From positions 5,033 to 69,032 of the forward strand of contig CAZGIH010000013.1 in NCBI GenBank assembly GCA_964526195.1: a DNA stretch of 64,000 bases. The letters are read 5' to 3'. Origin of the DNA: an uncultured Chromatiales bacterium. Lineage in GTDB: Bacteria > Pseudomonadota > Gammaproteobacteria > Poriferisulfidales > Poriferisulfidaceae. The notes below the pieces were generated by a model. The model was not told the DNA's origin, searched no databases, and worked only from the letters and a program-made list of their open reading frames with translations. Position 1 is the stretch's first letter, and each line of letters opens with the position of its first letter. Below, in pieces: positions 49,167 through 58,608 of the stretch. The translations under genes and the position numbers were made by a program.

Positions 49167-50550
49167 AAATCCTGCCTTGCCCGTTGAGACCATGAGCGAA
49201 ACCAAAACCCCCGAAGCCGAAAAGGACGAACCCAATATCCGCATCGTGGAGGATGCCACCTGCACGTTCTGCGGGTGCGTCTGCGATGACATGGAGCTGA
49301 CTGTCGACCTCGACGCGAACCGCATCACGAAAGCCAAGAATGCCTGCGTTCTCGGCCGGGCCTGGTTCCTCCAGCATGGCATCGAGGATCATCCGCAAGC
49401 GATGATCGATGGACGCGAAGTGCCGCTGGAAGAAGCGATGGATGAAGCGGCACGCATCCTGCACGAAGCGAAATTCCCGATCACCTACGGCCTGAGCGAT
49501 TCTCCATGCGAGGCGCAGCGGGTGGCGGTGGCCATCAACGACCTGGTGCGCGGCAACATCGATACCACCACTTCCGTGTGCCATGGCCCGTCCGGCATCG
49601 CGTTCCAGGGCGTGGGCGAAAGCACGTCGACCTTGGGAGAGGTCAAGAACCGCGCCGATCTGGTCATTTACTGGGGCGGCAACCCGGCCGAGTCCCATCC
49701 GCGGCATTTCACCCGCTATACCGTGACGCCGAAGGGACGCTATATCCCGAACGGCAAGAAAGACCGTTACGTGGTGCTGATCGACGTGCGCAAGACGCCG
49801 AGTGCGCCGGTGGCGGATCAGCTCATCCGGGTCAAGCCCGGTCGCGACTTCGAGTTGCTGTGGGCATTGCGCGCCTTGGTGCGGGGTCGCGAGATCGATC
49901 CCGACATTGAGAAAATTACGGGCGTGTCACGGGAAGTTCTGGACGAGTTGGTGGAACGCATGAAGAACTGCAACTTCGGGGTTCTGTTCTTCGGCATGGG
50001 CCTGACCATGACCCGCGGTCGCCACTTCAATTCGGGAGCGCTGCTGGCGCTGGCCACCGACCTTAACAAGTACACGCACTTCGTCGCCAAGCCGGTACGC
50101 GGTCACGGCAATGTCACCGGTGCCGACAACGTGGTGTCGTGGCAGACTGGCTATCCGTTCGGTGTGAATTTCCACCGCGGCTATCCGCGTTTCAATCCCG
50201 GCGAGTACACCACCGTGGACCTGCTGGCACGCGGCGATGCCGACGCGGCCTTGATGATTGCCACGGATCCGGCCTCGAACTTCCCGAAACACGCCATCGA
50301 GCACTTGAAGAAGATTCCGGTAATCTCACTGGACGCCAAGCCGACCTACACCAGCCGGCAGGCGCGAGTCGCCTTCATGGTGGCCACCTACGGGATCAAC
50401 ACGGGCGGCACCGTGTACCGCATGGATGATGTGCCGATCACCTTGCGCCCGGCCTTCGATTCCCCGTTTCCGACGGACGAGGAGGTTCTGACCGGGATCC
50501 ACACCCGCTTGAAGAAGCTCCGAGCGAACGGCCGCAAGAAGGCGGCGTAG
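49156..50550 (+). CDS. fwdB: formylmethanofuran dehydrogenase subunit B-like (Mo/W-bisPGD catalytic subunit; FhcB homologue)
   Basis: N-terminal CTFCGCVC [4Fe-4S] motif at 49261. VCHGPS (49576-49593) matches the FDH/FwdB metal-ligand Cys/Sec motif. Overlaps fwdD by 11 nt. Confidence 0.75.
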   Translation: MPIENPALPVETMSETKTPEAEKDEPNIRIVEDATCTFCGCVCDDMELTVDLDANRITKAKNACVLGRAWFLQHGIEDHPQAMIDGREVPLEEAMDEAARILHEAKFPITYGLSDSPCEAQRVAVAINDLVRGNIDTTTSVCHGPSGIAFQGVGESTSTLGEVKNRADLVIYWGGNPAESHPRHFTRYTVTPKGRYIPNGKKDRYVVLIDVRKTPSAPVADQLIRVKPGRDFELLWALRALVRGREIDPDIEKITGVSREVLDELVERMKNCNFGVLFFGMGLTMTRGRHFNSGALLALATDLNKYTHFVAKPVRGHGNVTGADNVVSWQTGYPFGVNFHRGYPRFNPGEYTTVDLLARGDADAALMIATDPASNFPKHAIEHLKKIPVISLDAKPTYTSRQARVAFMVATYGINTGGTVYRMDDVPITLRPAFDSPFPTDEEVLTGIHTRLKKLRANGRKKAA

Positions 50551-50585
50551 TTTCGTCATCCGGTCAGGTTCAGGAGACGGCCAGA

Positions 50586-52262
50586 ATGGCTGAGAACGGT
50601 ACGGAACTGCGCATCAAGGGCGGAAAAGTCTACGATCCGGCCAACGGCATTGATGGCGAGGTGCGCGATGTCCTGGTGCGCGACGGGCGCATCGTGGACA
50701 AAGTTTCCGATAAGGCACGGACTTTCAACATTCCCGGCATGGTCGTGATGCCAGGCGGGATTGACATCCACTGCCATATTGCCGGCCCGAAAGTCAACCT
50801 TTCGCGAAAATTGCAGCCCGAAGATCATCGCCTGGATGTCCATCCCGGAACGGACGTGACCCGCTCTGGAGTCGGCGGGGTCACTCCGTCGACGTTCGCC
50901 ACCGGCTACCGTTACGCCATGCTGGGCTATACCACAGCGTTTGATGCGGCGGTCCCGCCCCTGGCGGCCCGTCACGTGATCGAGGAATTTCATGACACGC
51001 CGGTGATCGACAAGGGCTTTTATGTCTTGCTTGGCAACAACATGTTCCTATACGACCTCCTGAAGCAGGGCCGTAAACAGGATTTTAAGGACGCGATTGC
51101 CTGGTGGGTTACGGCGGCACGGGCGGCTAGCGTCAAGCTGGTCAATGCGGGCAGTGATGAATTCTGGAAGGGCAGGCGCAACGAGAATGTCACCGACGTC
51201 AACGAAAAGATCGATCCGTTCGACTTGACCCCGTTGCACGCGACGGCTGCTTTTATTGAAGCGGTGGACGAACTGAACATGCCGCATCCCGCGCATATCC
51301 ACTGCAACAACCTGGGTCACAGTGGCAATTTTCAGACCACGCTGGATACGATGAAAGCGGCCGAAGGGCACCGAGCGCACATTGCGCACATCCAGTTCCA
51401 CAGTTATGCGGGTGAACTCGGAAAACGCGTCCAAACTGGCTCGGAAGCCATCATCGACTATATCAATACCCATGAAAACATCACGACCGACATTGGCATG
51501 GTGATGTTCGGCAAGGCGACCGCGATGACGGCGGACGCCCCGCTGACTTGGATGCTGCGTTTCAAGGACACGAAATGGATCAATGCGGACACCGAATGCG
51601 AGAGTGGTTGCGGGGTCATGCCGTTTGAGTATCAGGACACGAATTACACGCACACCATGCAGTGGGCGATCGGGCTGGAACTGTTCCTGCTGTCGCAAGA
51701 CCCTTGGCGAGTGATGTTTTCGACTGACCACCCGAACGGTGCCTCTTTCCGCACTTATCCCCGATTGATTCGCCTGCTGATGGATCGCGGCTTTCGGGCC
51801 GAGATGATGAAGCAGGTCAACCAGAAAGCGATTAGCAACTGCCTGTTGCCGCAACTGGATCGGGAATACAGCCTGTATGAAATTGCCATCATCACCCGCG
51901 CGGCCCCCGCCCGGGCACTGGGTTTAGCCAACAAGGGGCATCTGGGTGTTGGCGCGGATGCCGACATCACGATCTACACGGATGACGAAAACCGCGAGAG
52001 GATGTTCAATGCGCCGCGTTACGTGATCAAGGCAGGCAAGCCGATCATTGAGGATCACGAGTTTGTCGACGACCACATCGGGCGGTTCCTGCACACGGAG
52101 CCCGAGTACGACTCGGCGATCGAAGACCAGATCCGCCCGTTCTTCGATGATTACTACTCCATCCGGTTCAACAACTACCGGGTAGACGCCTCCTACCTCC
52201 ACGACCATGAGGTGATTCCGCTGCGCAATTCCGGGAACGGACGGAAGAAGAAGGGCAAATGA
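50586..52262 (+). CDS. fwdA: formylmethanofuran dehydrogenase subunit A-like amidohydrolase (FhcA homologue)
   Basis: Amidohydrolase metal-binding HxH (GIDIHCH) and overall FwdA length (558 aa). Confidence 0.8.
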   Translation: MAENGTELRIKGGKVYDPANGIDGEVRDVLVRDGRIVDKVSDKARTFNIPGMVVMPGGIDIHCHIAGPKVNLSRKLQPEDHRLDVHPGTDVTRSGVGGVTPSTFATGYRYAMLGYTTAFDAAVPPLAARHVIEEFHDTPVIDKGFYVLLGNNMFLYDLLKQGRKQDFKDAIAWWVTAARAASVKLVNAGSDEFWKGRRNENVTDVNEKIDPFDLTPLHATAAFIEAVDELNMPHPAHIHCNNLGHSGNFQTTLDTMKAAEGHRAHIAHIQFHSYAGELGKRVQTGSEAIIDYINTHENITTDIGMVMFGKATAMTADAPLTWMLRFKDTKWINADTECESGCGVMPFEYQDTNYTHTMQWAIGLELFLLSQDPWRVMFSTDHPNGASFRTYPRLIRLLMDRGFRAEMMKQVNQKAISNCLLPQLDREYSLYEIAIITRAAPARALGLANKGHLGVGADADITIYTDDENRERMFNAPRYVIKAGKPIIEDHEFVDDHIGRFLHTEPEYDSAIEDQIRPFFDDYYSIRFNNYRVDASYLHDHEVIPLRNSGNGRKKKGK

Positions 52263-53152
52263 AAGTCGGCAAGACCGAGGTAGTCGATACGTTTGCCGAG
52301 GCTTTCGGCATGTGGGGCGCGCGTGTCATCATTACCGCCGACACCAAGAACTGGGCGCGAGCCGCTGCCCAGTCCTTCACCGGCTTTGCCACTTCCGTAA
52401 TTCGCTGCAAATGCGAGGCAGCGGTGGAATGCGAGATTCCTGACACCGATACGCCGGATCTGCGCCCGGGAATCAGCGTGCTGCTGTTCGCAATGAGCGA
52501 GAAGGACATGAGCGCCCGCCTGGTCGAGCGGATCGGGCAGTGCGTGATGACCTGTCCCACGACCGCCTGCTACAACGGGTTGGAAAATGGAACCACTGTG
52601 CCGGTCGGACAGCGACTGCGATTCTTCGGCGATGGCCACCAGATCGCCAAGGTGGTGGGAGGCCGGAAGTTCTGGAGAATTCCGATCATGGGAGGCGAAT
52701 TCCTGGTGGACGACGTGTTCGGGGTTCAGCCCGCCATCGGTGGCGGCAACTTGTTGATGCTGGGAAGAAGCGGGCGGACCGCTCTGCGCGCCGCGTCCGG
52801 TGCGGCGGATGCGATGCGCGACGTGGCCGGCGTATTCCTGCCTTTCCCGCAGGGCGTGGTCGGTTCTGGCAGCAAGGTGGGTTCACGCTACAAGGGCATG
52901 ATTGCCTCGACCAACGAAGCCTATTGCCCGACCCTGCGCGGGCGGGTAGAAAACTCGGCATTGCCGGAAGGCATTGCGGCGGTTTATGAAGTGGTGGTCA
53001 ATGGCCTCACCGAGGATGCGTTGCGCGAAGCCATGCGGCGGGGCATCCAGGCCGCGGCGGAACGTGGCGTGGACTATGTCAGCGCGGGGAACTACGGCGG
53101 AACGCTCGGCCAATACAAATTCCACCTCTATGAATTGCTGGAGAACGGCTGA
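52259..53152 (+). CDS. ftr: formylmethanofuran--tetrahydromethanopterin N-formyltransferase (Ftr/FhcD)
   Basis: DTFAEAF…ARVIITADTKNWARAAAQSFTGFATSVI…QCVMTCPTTA closely follows archaeal Ftr. Confidence 0.85.
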   Translation: MKVGKTEVVDTFAEAFGMWGARVIITADTKNWARAAAQSFTGFATSVIRCKCEAAVECEIPDTDTPDLRPGISVLLFAMSEKDMSARLVERIGQCVMTCPTTACYNGLENGTTVPVGQRLRFFGDGHQIAKVVGGRKFWRIPIMGGEFLVDDVFGVQPAIGGGNLLMLGRSGRTALRAASGAADAMRDVAGVFLPFPQGVVGSGSKVGSRYKGMIASTNEAYCPTLRGRVENSALPEGIAAVYEVVVNGLTEDALREAMRRGIQAAAERGVDYVSAGNYGGTLGQYKFHLYELLENG

Positions 53153-53154
53153 TT

Positions 53155-53967
53155 ATGCACACCGAGCTGGAACTGACCACCGCGCCGGAGGTGCCGATCG
53201 AGGCAGAGTGCCTGAGCCCTGCGAAGATCAAGGGCCTGTCGCAGTCGGGGATCGAGCATCTCGTGATGATGCACGGCAATCGCAAGGTGCGGGTCGGGGA
53301 CTTCTTCCGCGTGACCGGGAATGGCCAGAATTCATTGCGCCTGGAAGGAGACCTGTCGCGGGTCAAGTACATCGGTGCCGGGATGAAAGAGGGTGAAGTT
53401 CGCGTGAATGGTTCTGCCGGCATGCACCTCGGCGCTGGCATGTCCGGGGGAGTGATTCGTGTTTCCGGGGATGCTTCGGATTGGGTCGGACCAGAGATGA
53501 GCGGAGGACGGATTGAGGTAATGGGCAATGCGGGGCACATGGTGGGCAGCGCCTACCGGGGCCAACGCGTCGGGATCATGGGCGGAGAGATCCTGATCCA
53601 TGGCAATGTCAAGAATGAATTAGGGTCGGCCATGCGCCGCGGTCTGATCGCGGTTGGCGGGCAGGCTGGCGATTTCGTCGGTGTCAACATGCGCGCCGGC
53701 ACCATCGTTGTGATGGGCGGGATGGGCATCCGCGCAGGCGCTGGCATGGTGCGCGGCTCGATTATCTCGTTCGAGCCAGTCGAATTACTGCCGACTTTCA
53801 CCTATTCTTGCTGGCTGCGACCGACATTTCTCAGGTTTTACCTGTGCCACTTGGGGCAAAGCGGCTTTGAAATCGACGACGACTACATGGGTGGCCGTTA
53901 TCGCCGCTACTGCGGTGATAGCGTTGAGGAGAACCGCGGCGAAATCCTGGTGTTCGATTCGCGCTGA
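53155..53967 (+). CDS. fwdC: formylmethanofuran dehydrogenase subunit C-like (FhcC homologue)
   Basis: Repetitive G-x-x-M-x-G-G-x-I/V-x-V-x-G beta-helix repeats typical of FwdC. Confidence 0.8.
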   Translation: MHTELELTTAPEVPIEAECLSPAKIKGLSQSGIEHLVMMHGNRKVRVGDFFRVTGNGQNSLRLEGDLSRVKYIGAGMKEGEVRVNGSAGMHLGAGMSGGVIRVSGDASDWVGPEMSGGRIEVMGNAGHMVGSAYRGQRVGIMGGEILIHGNVKNELGSAMRRGLIAVGGQAGDFVGVNMRAGTIVVMGGMGIRAGAGMVRGSIISFEPVELLPTFTYSCWLRPTFLRFYLCHLGQSGFEIDDDYMGGRYRRYCGDSVEENRGEILVFDSR

Positions 53968-54038
53968 CCCTCGTCTATAATTTAATTGCGCCCGCCTATG
54001 CGGGCGCAGCCCGCTTCACTTCACTTTAGGAACCTTGA

Positions 54039-54344
54039 ATGACCACGATCGTAACCGATAACTGCAAAGGTTGCCGTTATACGGATTGTGTAACCGTTTG
54101 CCCAGTCGCTTGCTTCCACTATGACGACGAGATGCTGTACATCGATCCGGATGTCTGCATTGACTGTAGCGCCTGCATTCCAGAATGTCCGGTCCAAGCG
54201 ATTTACGAAGAAGACGATCTGCCAGAAGACAAGCAGGAGTGGCTTGAAATCAATGCTGAGAAAGCCCCCGAACTTCCGGTGATTGAAGAGAAAATGGACC
54301 CGCTGCCGGGCGCGGACGAACGCAAGACTGCACTAGGATTCTGA
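54039..54344 (+). CDS. fdxA: 7Fe ferredoxin (Azotobacter FdI type, [3Fe-4S][4Fe-4S])
   Basis: VTDNCKGCRYTDCVTVCPVACF … CIDCSACIPECP aligns with the FdI cluster motifs. Confidence 0.85.
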   Translation: MTTIVTDNCKGCRYTDCVTVCPVACFHYDDEMLYIDPDVCIDCSACIPECPVQAIYEEDDLPEDKQEWLEINAEKAPELPVIEEKMDPLPGADERKTALGF

Positions 54345-54348
54345 TTCC

Positions 54349-55728
54349 GTGAGCCAACTGGGGACAGAAACCGCACCCTTGCGGGTTGCGGTTGTCGGCG
54401 CCGGGCCGAGTGGGTTTTATGCTACCGAGGCATTGCTGAAATCCGAGATCGCTGCTCAGGTTGACCTGATCGAGCGTTTGCCTTCCCCTTATGGGTTGGT
54501 GCGCAGCGGTGTCGCGCCGGATCACCCCAAGCTCAAGCAATCGATCGAGGTCTACAAGAAAGTCGCTGCACTTGAGGGTTTCCACTTTTTCGGAAACGTG
54601 ACGGTCGGGAAGGATGTCACGCCGCAGGAGTTGCGAGACATCTACCACGCCGTAATCTATACCTGCGGCGCTGAAACGGATCGCCGCCTTGGGATCGAGG
54701 GCGAGGACCTGGCAGGCAGCCATACCGCGACGGAATTCGTCGGCTGGTACAACGGTCACCCGGACTACCGGGACCGGGAATTCGATTTCTCGCATGAAAC
54801 CGCCGTGATTATTGGGCAAGGGAACGTGGCGGCGGACGTCGCTCGCATCCTGTCCAAATCCGTGGATGAGCTCAAGCATACCGACATTAGCCAGCACGCT
54901 TTAGATGCGCTGGCCGAAAGCCAGATCAAAACAATTGCAGTCGTTGGGCGCCGGGGACCGGCGCAGGCGAAATTCACCACCAAGGAACTGCGCGAATTTC
55001 TGGAACTGGAGAATTGCCAAGCGGCCATTGCTTCAGAAGAGTTGGCCCTCAACGAAGCCAGCCAGACCGAGGTTGCCGACAAGAAGGCAGGCGTGGTTGC
55101 GGCCAAGAACATGGCGGTCTTCGAGCAGATGGCGGAGAACGCAGAGCACGGCAAAGCCCGGACTTGCCGCATGATGTTCTGCCGGAGCCCGATCCGTATC
55201 GAAGGGAATGGCCGAATCGAGCGAGTGGTGTTGGAACACAACGAGTTGTCTGGTGAACCGTTTTCGCAACGGGCCTCGGGCACGGGCGAGACCGAAACCT
55301 TGGAGTGCGGGCTGCTGTTTCGCTCCATTGGCTATCGGGGAGTGCCAATCGAAGGTGTGCCGTTCCATGATTCTTGGGGCGTATTTCCGAATCAAGAGGG
55401 CCGGGTCACCGATGGCCCGGACGGGGTGGTCGTGCCGGGTATCTACACGGCGGGCTGGATCAAACGCGGGCCTTCCGGAATCATTGGGACCAACCGCGCT
55501 TGTGCAGTGCAGACAGTCGAATCCCTGATGGGAGATCTAAGCAACCTCCCCGCAGACCGTGCGGGGACGGACGCGTTGGCCAAGTTGTTACAGGAACGCG
55601 GCGTGCGCAGCATCGACTTTACGGAGTGGCAGCGAATTGACGCAGAGGAAGTCAGTCGGGGCGAACCGAAAGGCAAGCCGCGGGAGAAGTTCACCCGTCG
55701 CGAAGAGATGCTGCAAATTCTGGGTTAA
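54349..55728 (+). CDS. fprA: ferredoxin--NADP(+) reductase, FprA/adrenodoxin-reductase family
   Basis: [15 protein letters not shown] Rossmann and a second NADP GxGxxA (IIGQGNVAADV). 459 aa. Confidence 0.75.
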   Translation: MSQLGTETAPLRVAVVGAGPSGFYATEALLKSEIAAQVDLIERLPSPYGLVRSGVAPDHPKLKQSIEVYKKVAALEGFHFFGNVTVGKDVTPQELRDIYHAVIYTCGAETDRRLGIEGEDLAGSHTATEFVGWYNGHPDYRDREFDFSHETAVIIGQGNVAADVARILSKSVDELKHTDISQHALDALAESQIKTIAVVGRRGPAQAKFTTKELREFLELENCQAAIASEELALNEASQTEVADKKAGVVAAKNMAVFEQMAENAEHGKARTCRMMFCRSPIRIEGNGRIERVVLEHNELSGEPFSQRASGTGETETLECGLLFRSIGYRGVPIEGVPFHDSWGVFPNQEGRVTDGPDGVVVPGIYTAGWIKRGPSGIIGTNRACAVQTVESLMGDLSNLPADRAGTDALAKLLQERGVRSIDFTEWQRIDAEEVSRGEPKGKPREKFTRREEMLQILG

Positions 55729-55773
55729 GAGTAGGTAGAGGGTCGGGTCAACAATTCCGGATCCCCGCATCCA

Positions 55774-57249
55774 GTGCCTCGGATCCAGCCAGTTCCAGTG
55801 AATTCTCCAAATCGCAGAAGCAGCGGCCGCGCAACTGTGGCCACAGTTGGCTTGGCGGTGCTGTTGAGTCTGAGTTGTGGTGCCGGATGGGCCGATGAAG
55901 TCACACCATCGACTCCTGTGAAATCGGCTGAAGCCGAGCCCGAGTCCACGCAGCCCGAGGGACAGAACGCTTCGGAGGAACAGTACCGGCAACTGATCAT
56001 GGCAGCGGGTCGGCAGCTCCAGCAGGGCAATCCGGCTCAAACCCTGAAACTGTTGGAACAGGCAACCAAAATGCTGGGTGGACGGACGACCGCCGACATC
56101 CTTTTTCTAGCGGCTCAGGCGTACATGGGGCTTGGCAACCGCGAGATGGCGACACGGATATTGGGACGGCTTGCCAAGGAATACCCGCAGGTCGACCGAC
56201 TCCAGTTGGATTATGCCGCCATGCTGTACTCGATGGGGCGGGACGAAGAGGCCGACGCGATATTCCGAGAGATTCGTGAAAAGAAAGGCCTGCCGGAGCC
56301 GGTACAGCGTAATGTGGAGAAGTTCCTGGAGCGCATCCATCGTCGAAAGAGCCTGCTGATCGACTATGACTTCAGTGTCTGGAAAGACGATAACGTCAAT
56401 AATGCAACCGAAGTGGATCAGGTGGAAATTCCCCTGTTCGGCGGGTTGTCATTCACCGTGAACGAGAAACCGGTCGAAGCATGGGTGATGCGAACAGGAG
56501 TCAATTTGCTCCACCGCGCGCCCTTGCGGGAAGATGGAAGCCTGCGTTTGAACTCCCGGGCCGGGCTCGCGCGCAATACGGCTCGAAACGCCAAGGCGCA
56601 CAATCGCACTTGGCTGAATCTGTCGACGGGTCCCCAATGGTTCTACCTGACGGAATTCGCGGGCCACAAGTTTCCGGGCTATGCCAACGCGGATGTCGGT
56701 TACGAGAAACGTTGGCGGGGAGGCGATCCTTATTCGGGCAGTGCTTGGATACGGCTTTCGACACGACAGAGTCTGCCCGGGCATTGGGCGCTCGGCGGCT
56801 ACGTCCGCTATTGGAAAACTCGATACAGCGAGGGATCAAGCCGACTGGATCCGAAAGGGCAGGCATTCAACCTATATGCAGAGCGTACGTTTCGGAGTGC
56901 ACGGGTGACGGCGGGCTGGACGTTTTCGACGGAACACCCCGACCTATCCACGCAGCGTTGGAAATCGCACCAGGGGATGCTCGCTTATGAGACCGTCTTC
57001 GGCCTGAACTGGCACGTGTCAGCGGTGGCCACGCTGTCAGAATCCCGGTACCAGGGGACCGATCCATTATTCCAGAGGCGACGCAAGGATCAGCACCGGA
57101 ACTTTCATGTCACCGTTTCCAATCGTGCCTTGTCTTGGAACGGCTATCTCCCGGAACTCACATTCGGTCTTACCGAGACAAAATCCAATATCGACCTTTA
57201 CGACCGGGACAACCTCACGCTCCGTCTAGGTCTCCAGAAGTTGTTCTGA
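55774..57249 (+). CDS. Slam-like outer-membrane protein: N-terminal TPR domain + C-terminal DUF560 beta-barrel
   Basis: Signal peptide, TPR-like helices (residues about 60-200), alternating beta-strand C-terminal half, terminal …LQKLF. Confidence 0.55.
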   Translation: MPRIQPVPVNSPNRRSSGRATVATVGLAVLLSLSCGAGWADEVTPSTPVKSAEAEPESTQPEGQNASEEQYRQLIMAAGRQLQQGNPAQTLKLLEQATKMLGGRTTADILFLAAQAYMGLGNREMATRILGRLAKEYPQVDRLQLDYAAMLYSMGRDEEADAIFREIREKKGLPEPVQRNVEKFLERIHRRKSLLIDYDFSVWKDDNVNNATEVDQVEIPLFGGLSFTVNEKPVEAWVMRTGVNLLHRAPLREDGSLRLNSRAGLARNTARNAKAHNRTWLNLSTGPQWFYLTEFAGHKFPGYANADVGYEKRWRGGDPYSGSAWIRLSTRQSLPGHWALGGYVRYWKTRYSEGSSRLDPKGQAFNLYAERTFRSARVTAGWTFSTEHPDLSTQRWKSHQGMLAYETVFGLNWHVSAVATLSESRYQGTDPLFQRRRKDQHRNFHVTVSNRALSWNGYLPELTFGLTETKSNIDLYDRDNLTLRLGLQKLF

Positions 57250-57276
57250 AGCCAAACGGCTTCAGTGGTGTAGCCG

Positions 57277-58533
57277 TTAGCCCGATCGCCTCGGACCAAG
57301 CCAGGCCAGCAACGCTCCGGAAGCGAACATGCTGATCGCCACCCCGTAAAACCCAGCTTCCAAGTATCCGGCAAGGCTCGCCAGGATGCCCAGTCCAAGC
57401 GCCCCGATGCCATAGCCCAGGTCACGCCAGAAACGGTATGCTCCAATGGCGGAACCTCGCCATGCAGGAGTCGCGAGGTCGCTTATCGCGGCACTGAGAT
57501 TGGGATACAGTAGAGCCATGCCGAACCCCGTGACGGCGGCGCTGATCGCCCAGGTTTCGAATTGCAGGCTCCACAGCGAACCTAGGACCCCTATCCCGCA
57601 CAGCCACATGCCGGCCACGCAGGGAATCAAGCGGCCGATCCGGTCGGACAGTCGCCCAGTCAGGAACTGGCTGGCTCCCCAGACCGTTCCGTAGATGCCC
57701 ACGATCCAGCCGATATCGGGAAGACTGAAACCGTGGGTATACAGGTAGACGGGGTAGAAGATCCAGACCAGGGTGTCCACGAATTTCTCAACCAGCCCGG
57801 CTTGGCTGACCGCAAACATGCGCCGATCCCGCCAGGAAACCTTGGCAAAGGCTTCCCATGTGGTGGCGGGTATCGCTTCAGTCGGAGTTTTGGATGCCTG
57901 TTGTTCGCGATGTGCCCAAGGCAGGGTTTCGCGCACGAACCCGAGCAAAAGCCCCAAGGCCAGCATGATGCAGATGAGGCCGAACCCCCACAACGCTTCT
58001 CGGGCATCCATTGCACTTGCGAGGTAGCCGGTCATGACTCCGGCAACCGCCACTCCCATATAACCGGAGAACTCGTCCAACCCGACCGCAAAACCTCGTT
58101 CCTGGGAATGCGCCAAGTCCAGTTTGCTGGTTTGGGTTGCCGACCAGCACAGGCCTTGGTTAATGCCCAGTAGCAGCGTGGCCAGTACCACTTCGTTCCA
58201 ACTCGTGGCATAAAGGATTAACCAGGGAGCGGGCAGGGCGAACAGCCAGCCTGTCAGCAACACGGGCTTCCGGCCGAACCGGTCTGCCGTCCGTCCGGCG
58301 ACGAAATTCATGGTGCCCTTGACGAACCCGAACGCAACGACGAAGACGGTCAACAGGAGGTAGGAACCGCGCTCCACGGAGAATTCGCTTTCCGCCAGTG
58401 CCGGCACAACTGTACGCACCATGCCGAGGGTCATGCCGACCAGAAAGACCTGTGCCAGTTGTTGCCCGAATTGGGCTAGATTGTGCGAAATGCCATGCAT
58501 CAAGGCGAATTGTACGCACTTGGAGCCAGTCAA
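57277..58533 (-). CDS. MFS transporter
   Basis: 12 predicted TM. MFS motif GRTADRFGRKPVLL. Confidence 0.65.
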   Translation of the reverse strand: MTGSKCVQFALMHGISHNLAQFGQQLAQVFLVGMTLGMVRTVVPALAESEFSVERGSYLLLTVFVVAFGFVKGTMNFVAGRTADRFGRKPVLLTGWLFALPAPWLILYATSWNEVVLATLLLGINQGLCWSATQTSKLDLAHSQERGFAVGLDEFSGYMGVAVAGVMTGYLASAMDAREALWGFGLICIMLALGLLLGFVRETLPWAHREQQASKTPTEAIPATTWEAFAKVSWRDRRMFAVSQAGLVEKFVDTLVWIFYPVYLYTHGFSLPDIGWIVGIYGTVWGASQFLTGRLSDRIGRLIPCVAGMWLCGIGVLGSLWSLQFETWAISAAVTGFGMALLYPNLSAAISDLATPAWRGSAIGAYRFWRDLGYGIGALGLGILASLAGYLEAGFYGVAISMFASGALLAWLGPRRSG

Positions 58534-58608
58534 GCGAATGAATCTAGCGGGACACTATAATGAGTGACAGACGAATCGGAACCGCTTTTATCCTCCTTAT
58601 CGACCCTC

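Noticed and set aside
57248-57263. Hairpin gaagcc-aaac-ggcttc between the convergent Slam and MFS genes
   Set aside because: Short 6-bp stem with no U-tract on either strand. Possibly a weak bidirectional terminator, but not convincing enough to call.
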